In this document: piece after piece, positions 61,314-64,000 of the stretch | Position numbering within the stretch: the first letter of the stretch is position 1 | How the letters are laid out: the number at the start of each line of letters is the position of its first letter | Assembly: GCA_020184695.1 (NCBI GenBank) | Contig: JAANOX010000161.1 | Span: forward strand, 1 to 64,000 | Direction of reading: 5' to 3' | Source: Histomonas meleagridis 2922-C6/04-290x | Taxonomy: Eukaryota; Protista; Parabasalia | DNA: 64,000 nucleotides | Notes under the pieces: model-generated | Told to the model about the DNA's origin: nothing | Databases searched by the model: none | The model's input: only the letters and a program-made list of their open reading frames with translations | Translations under genes and position numbers: made by a program

Positions 61314-64000
61314 ATGGCACCTCGGTATTTTTGCGTATGTTATGATGGCCACCCCAACAAATACCTCGAGGAATCCAAATGCAAAGGGCTTACGATACAA
61401 AAATTCATTGACAAACGAATATTAGATGATTCGTTACCCGTATGGATATGTACTCCATATTTTATGCATCTTTTGTCCATGAAAGATATACCGCTCAGAA
61501 CGTATCCACAGCTTTTAAGTTATCAACATCAGTCGAAATATGATCGACCAGAATATTATCTTTATCAAACAATTTCCATACCAAAGGACACATTCAACTT
61601 ATTTCTCACCATAAAACATAACACAGCGTTTTGTATACCGAAATTTCCGATCAATTTAAGTATCGTATTACTCAATACTCTCACAGCGGAAGACATCTGC
61701 AACAAAATACAAAGCACATTCGAGTGCGAGATGACAATCAAATACTTGATGATCGACAAAGAGATCATCTCGAAGAATATCATCATCGCGCCATACATAA
61801 ACTTCGAGAATCCGGTCGAAATATCGGTGAAAATCGAATTCCCGGAGTCGTCAGTCCGTAAATTCCAACGACGTGCGAATCTTTTACACGAAGTCAAACA
61901 AACGGAACTCCAATTTATCGATGACCTCAAATATCTCACAGACGTATGGCATCCGCAACTCAAATCGAAGGGGATTCTCACAGACAATGAGCGGGACATT
62001 ATCTTTCATGACTTCCCCGACATCCAAAAATCACATACAGAATTCTACACCGCGTTTTGCGAGTCGGAGCGTAACAACTACGCGGCCTGTGTCAGCTCCA
62101 TTTTCCTTGAGTATGAAGACAAACTTCGTTCATCAGTTCATTACATATCATTATATCCGACAATCACCGAACTATTGACATTAAAGAAGGTGAACAAAGC
62201 GTTTTCGTCGATTCTTTCGGAACTTCAACAAGTTAATGATGGCCGAGATCTGATGTCATATTTGATCACTCCAATCCAAAGGTTACCACGTTACTTATTA
62301 TTTCTTCGCGAGCTGGTCAAAATTACTCCGCATTATCATCCCGACGCGCAAATGTTACCATTAGCAACGGAAGTCATTGAGCGCATTAACAAAGATGCAG
62401 ATGTCCTTACAGAACGTGCGAAACAAATGACCGTGTTGAAGAAGATCGAAGATAAGTTACGGAAATATGACATTAAATTTGTGGATCCACAACGTCGAAT
62501 TGTAATGTTAGTTGAGGTCACATTAGTTGATAAGAAGAATTCACAAAATGCGCAATTATGTCTCTGTAATGATATTGTCTTCATATATATTGATCGAGGG
62601 AAAACAGCGAAGTTAATATTCGAGAAATCAATTTCGGTATTTCATTACTTACCAATTGTTGGAGAGTTTCGTTCGATATTAATACCATTTGTTCGCGATT
62701 CGAAAGTGAATAAGTTCGAGCGACGAGAATTATGTGTTACGTTTTCTAAGTTGGAAGAGAAGACGCAATTCTCCGATAACTTACAACGTCTCTTAGATGA
62801 AATATCATTCAAACAAAATACAAAGCCGAAGTTAATGATTTGGTCATTAAATTCTATTTCGGATTCATTACCATCGATTTGTCAACATAATTGTATTACT
62901 AATGGTAAGTCAATAATATTTAATGGCGGTGTATCAACATCACAAAGATTAATATATTCCGATTTTTCGACTTATCATCAAAAGTATTTCCATAATTATC
63001 CATTGTCTGAAATGACAACAATCGAAAGTGGTATCATTGGTAGAAGAAGATGTACATTTTCATATCTTAATGATTCATTATATGTAATCGGAGGATTCGT
63101 CGGTATTAAGGAAATACCCGAAATAATGCGATTCGATATGCAGACTCAAAAATGGCGTCAGTTCTGTATCCGAATCCAATTTTATCGTTATGGACATACA
63201 TGTGTAACTTATAAAAACAAATTATATATCTATGGAGGTAAAACTAAAGCAAAAGGATTAAATTCCGAAATTTGGGTCTTAGATCCAACGAAAGAATCGA
63301 TTGAACAATTAAAGTTTTCTGGCGCTTTCCCTGAACCTCGTGTCGATCATTCAGCAGTAGTTTTTAGGGATAAGATGTTTATTTTCGGGGGCAAAGGTCA
63401 TAAAGGTTTATTGAATGATTTATGGTCATTTAATTTTAATACAAATGAATGGAAGAAAGAACAAATATTAAACTCAATTAATGCAAGAAAAGCTCATATA
63501 TCATTAATATTAGGGAAAGAAATGATAATAATTGGCGGAATATCAGATAAGCCAATTTGTAATACATTTGTCATTGATTTGTTTGGATTAAATGTTAAAA
63601 AAGTCGAAGATAATGGTAACTTTCCAGAGTCATTAAGATATGCAAGTGGTGCAGTATTAGATAATTTGGATATTATAATATATGGAGGTATCGAGTTCAA
63701 AAGTAAATTACCTTTAAGTACTTTGTATACTATAAAGTTATGCCCAAGTTGGATTAAGGAAATAGAACAATCAGATGCACCTAAAATACCAATTAATAAC
63801 TTGTTCAAACAAGAAATGTGGAGTAATATACTTAATATGAATTGTTGTCATTCAATAATAGCAAGTAGAACAACTTATTTGCCAGTAGAAAATAGAAAGA
63901 ATTTGACTGAGAATTCAAACTCCAGAAGATTATCTGCTTTAAGAAGATCACATTCACAAGAAATGAAAAATCAACAAGCAATAAGAAGATTATCTCTTTC
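61314..64000 (+). CDS. RhoGEF (DH-PH) plus Kelch-repeat protein, 3'-partial (absent from ORF track)
   Basis: Open from ATG 61314 to the window end. DH motifs EVKQTELQFIDDL and YLITPIQRLPRYLLFLRELVKITP; Kelch YVIGG, YIYGG, FIFGG, IIGG. Confidence 0.88.
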   Translation, partial: MAPRYFCVCYDGHPNKYLEESKCKGLTIQKFIDKRILDDSLPVWICTPYFMHLLSMKDIPLRTYPQLLSYQHQSKYDRPEYYLYQTISIPKDTFNLFLTIKHNTAFCIPKFPINLSIVLLNTLTAEDICNKIQSTFECEMTIKYLMIDKEIISKNIIIAPYINFENPVEISVKIEFPESSVRKFQRRANLLHEVKQTELQFIDDLKYLTDVWHPQLKSKGILTDNERDIIFHDFPDIQKSHTEFYTAFCESERNNYAACVSSIFLEYEDKLRSSVHYISLYPTITELLTLKKVNKAFSSILSELQQVNDGRDLMSYLITPIQRLPRYLLFLRELVKITPHYHPDAQMLPLATEVIERINKDADVLTERAKQMTVLKKIEDKLRKYDIKFVDPQRRIVMLVEVTLVDKKNSQNAQLCLCNDIVFIYIDRGKTAKLIFEKSISVFHYLPIVGEFRSILIPFVRDSKVNKFERRELCVTFSKLEEKTQFSDNLQRLLDEISFKQNTKPKLMIWSLNSISDSLPSICQHNCITNGKSIIFNGGVSTSQRLIYSDFSTYHQKYFHNYPLSEMTTIESGIIGRRRCTFSYLNDSLYVIGGFVGIKEIPEIMRFDMQTQKWRQFCIRIQFYRYGHTCVTYKNKLYIYGGKTKAKGLNSEIWVLDPTKESIEQLKFSGAFPEPRVDHSAVVFRDKMFIFGGKGHKGLLNDLWSFNFNTNEWKKEQILNSINARKAHISLILGKEMIIIGGISDKPICNTFVIDLFGLNVKKVEDNGNFPESLRYASGAVLDNLDIIIYGGIEFKSKLPLSTLYTIKLCPSWIKEIEQSDAPKIPINNLFKQEMWSNILNMNCCHSIIASRTTYLPVENRKNLTENSNSRRLSALRRSHSQEMKNQQAIRRLSL

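Noticed and set aside
163-63808. Numerous short antisense or overlapping ORFs in the track (e.g. 163-609, 14599-14922, 27581-27994, 33726-34070, 40614-41006, 49597-49989, 61565-61999)
   Set aside because: They are shadows of real CDSs on the other strand or frame, with no domain signal.

Overview
AT-rich, gene-dense eukaryotic DNA, most likely from a parabasalid (Tritrichomonas/Trichomonas-like; inferred from DUF3447-ankyrin and BspA families, Inr/M3/M5-like core promoters and intron-less genes). It holds about 35 housekeeping or lineage-expanded CDSs, two tRNA-Lys(CUU) genes, a decayed Merlin/IS1595-type transposase and several pseudogenes. The stand-out feature, missed by the ORF track, is a family of interrupted ankyrin-repeat genes at six loci (11-14, 21, 25, 35-36, 42-43 and 60 kb). 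Each ~90-nt stop-free ankyrin unit (T..D) is separated from the next by a homologous AT-rich spacer. 17 of 29 measured spacers are exactly 80 nt, the rest are 49-83 nt and cover all three frames. The spacers usually break the frame or carry stops, have no GT-AG or trichomonad branch-point consensus, and 27 of 30 carry TGG (or TGA) exactly 21 nt before the next unit. The 10974-14199 copy has a DUF3447 head, 12 spacers, 11 intact divergent units and a terminal capping unit ending in a stop. It looks like a functional gene whose spacers are removed or skipped by an unknown mechanism (non-canonical introns, ribosomal bypass, or RNA/DNA processing). Expression and mechanism are inference and need RNA or protein data.
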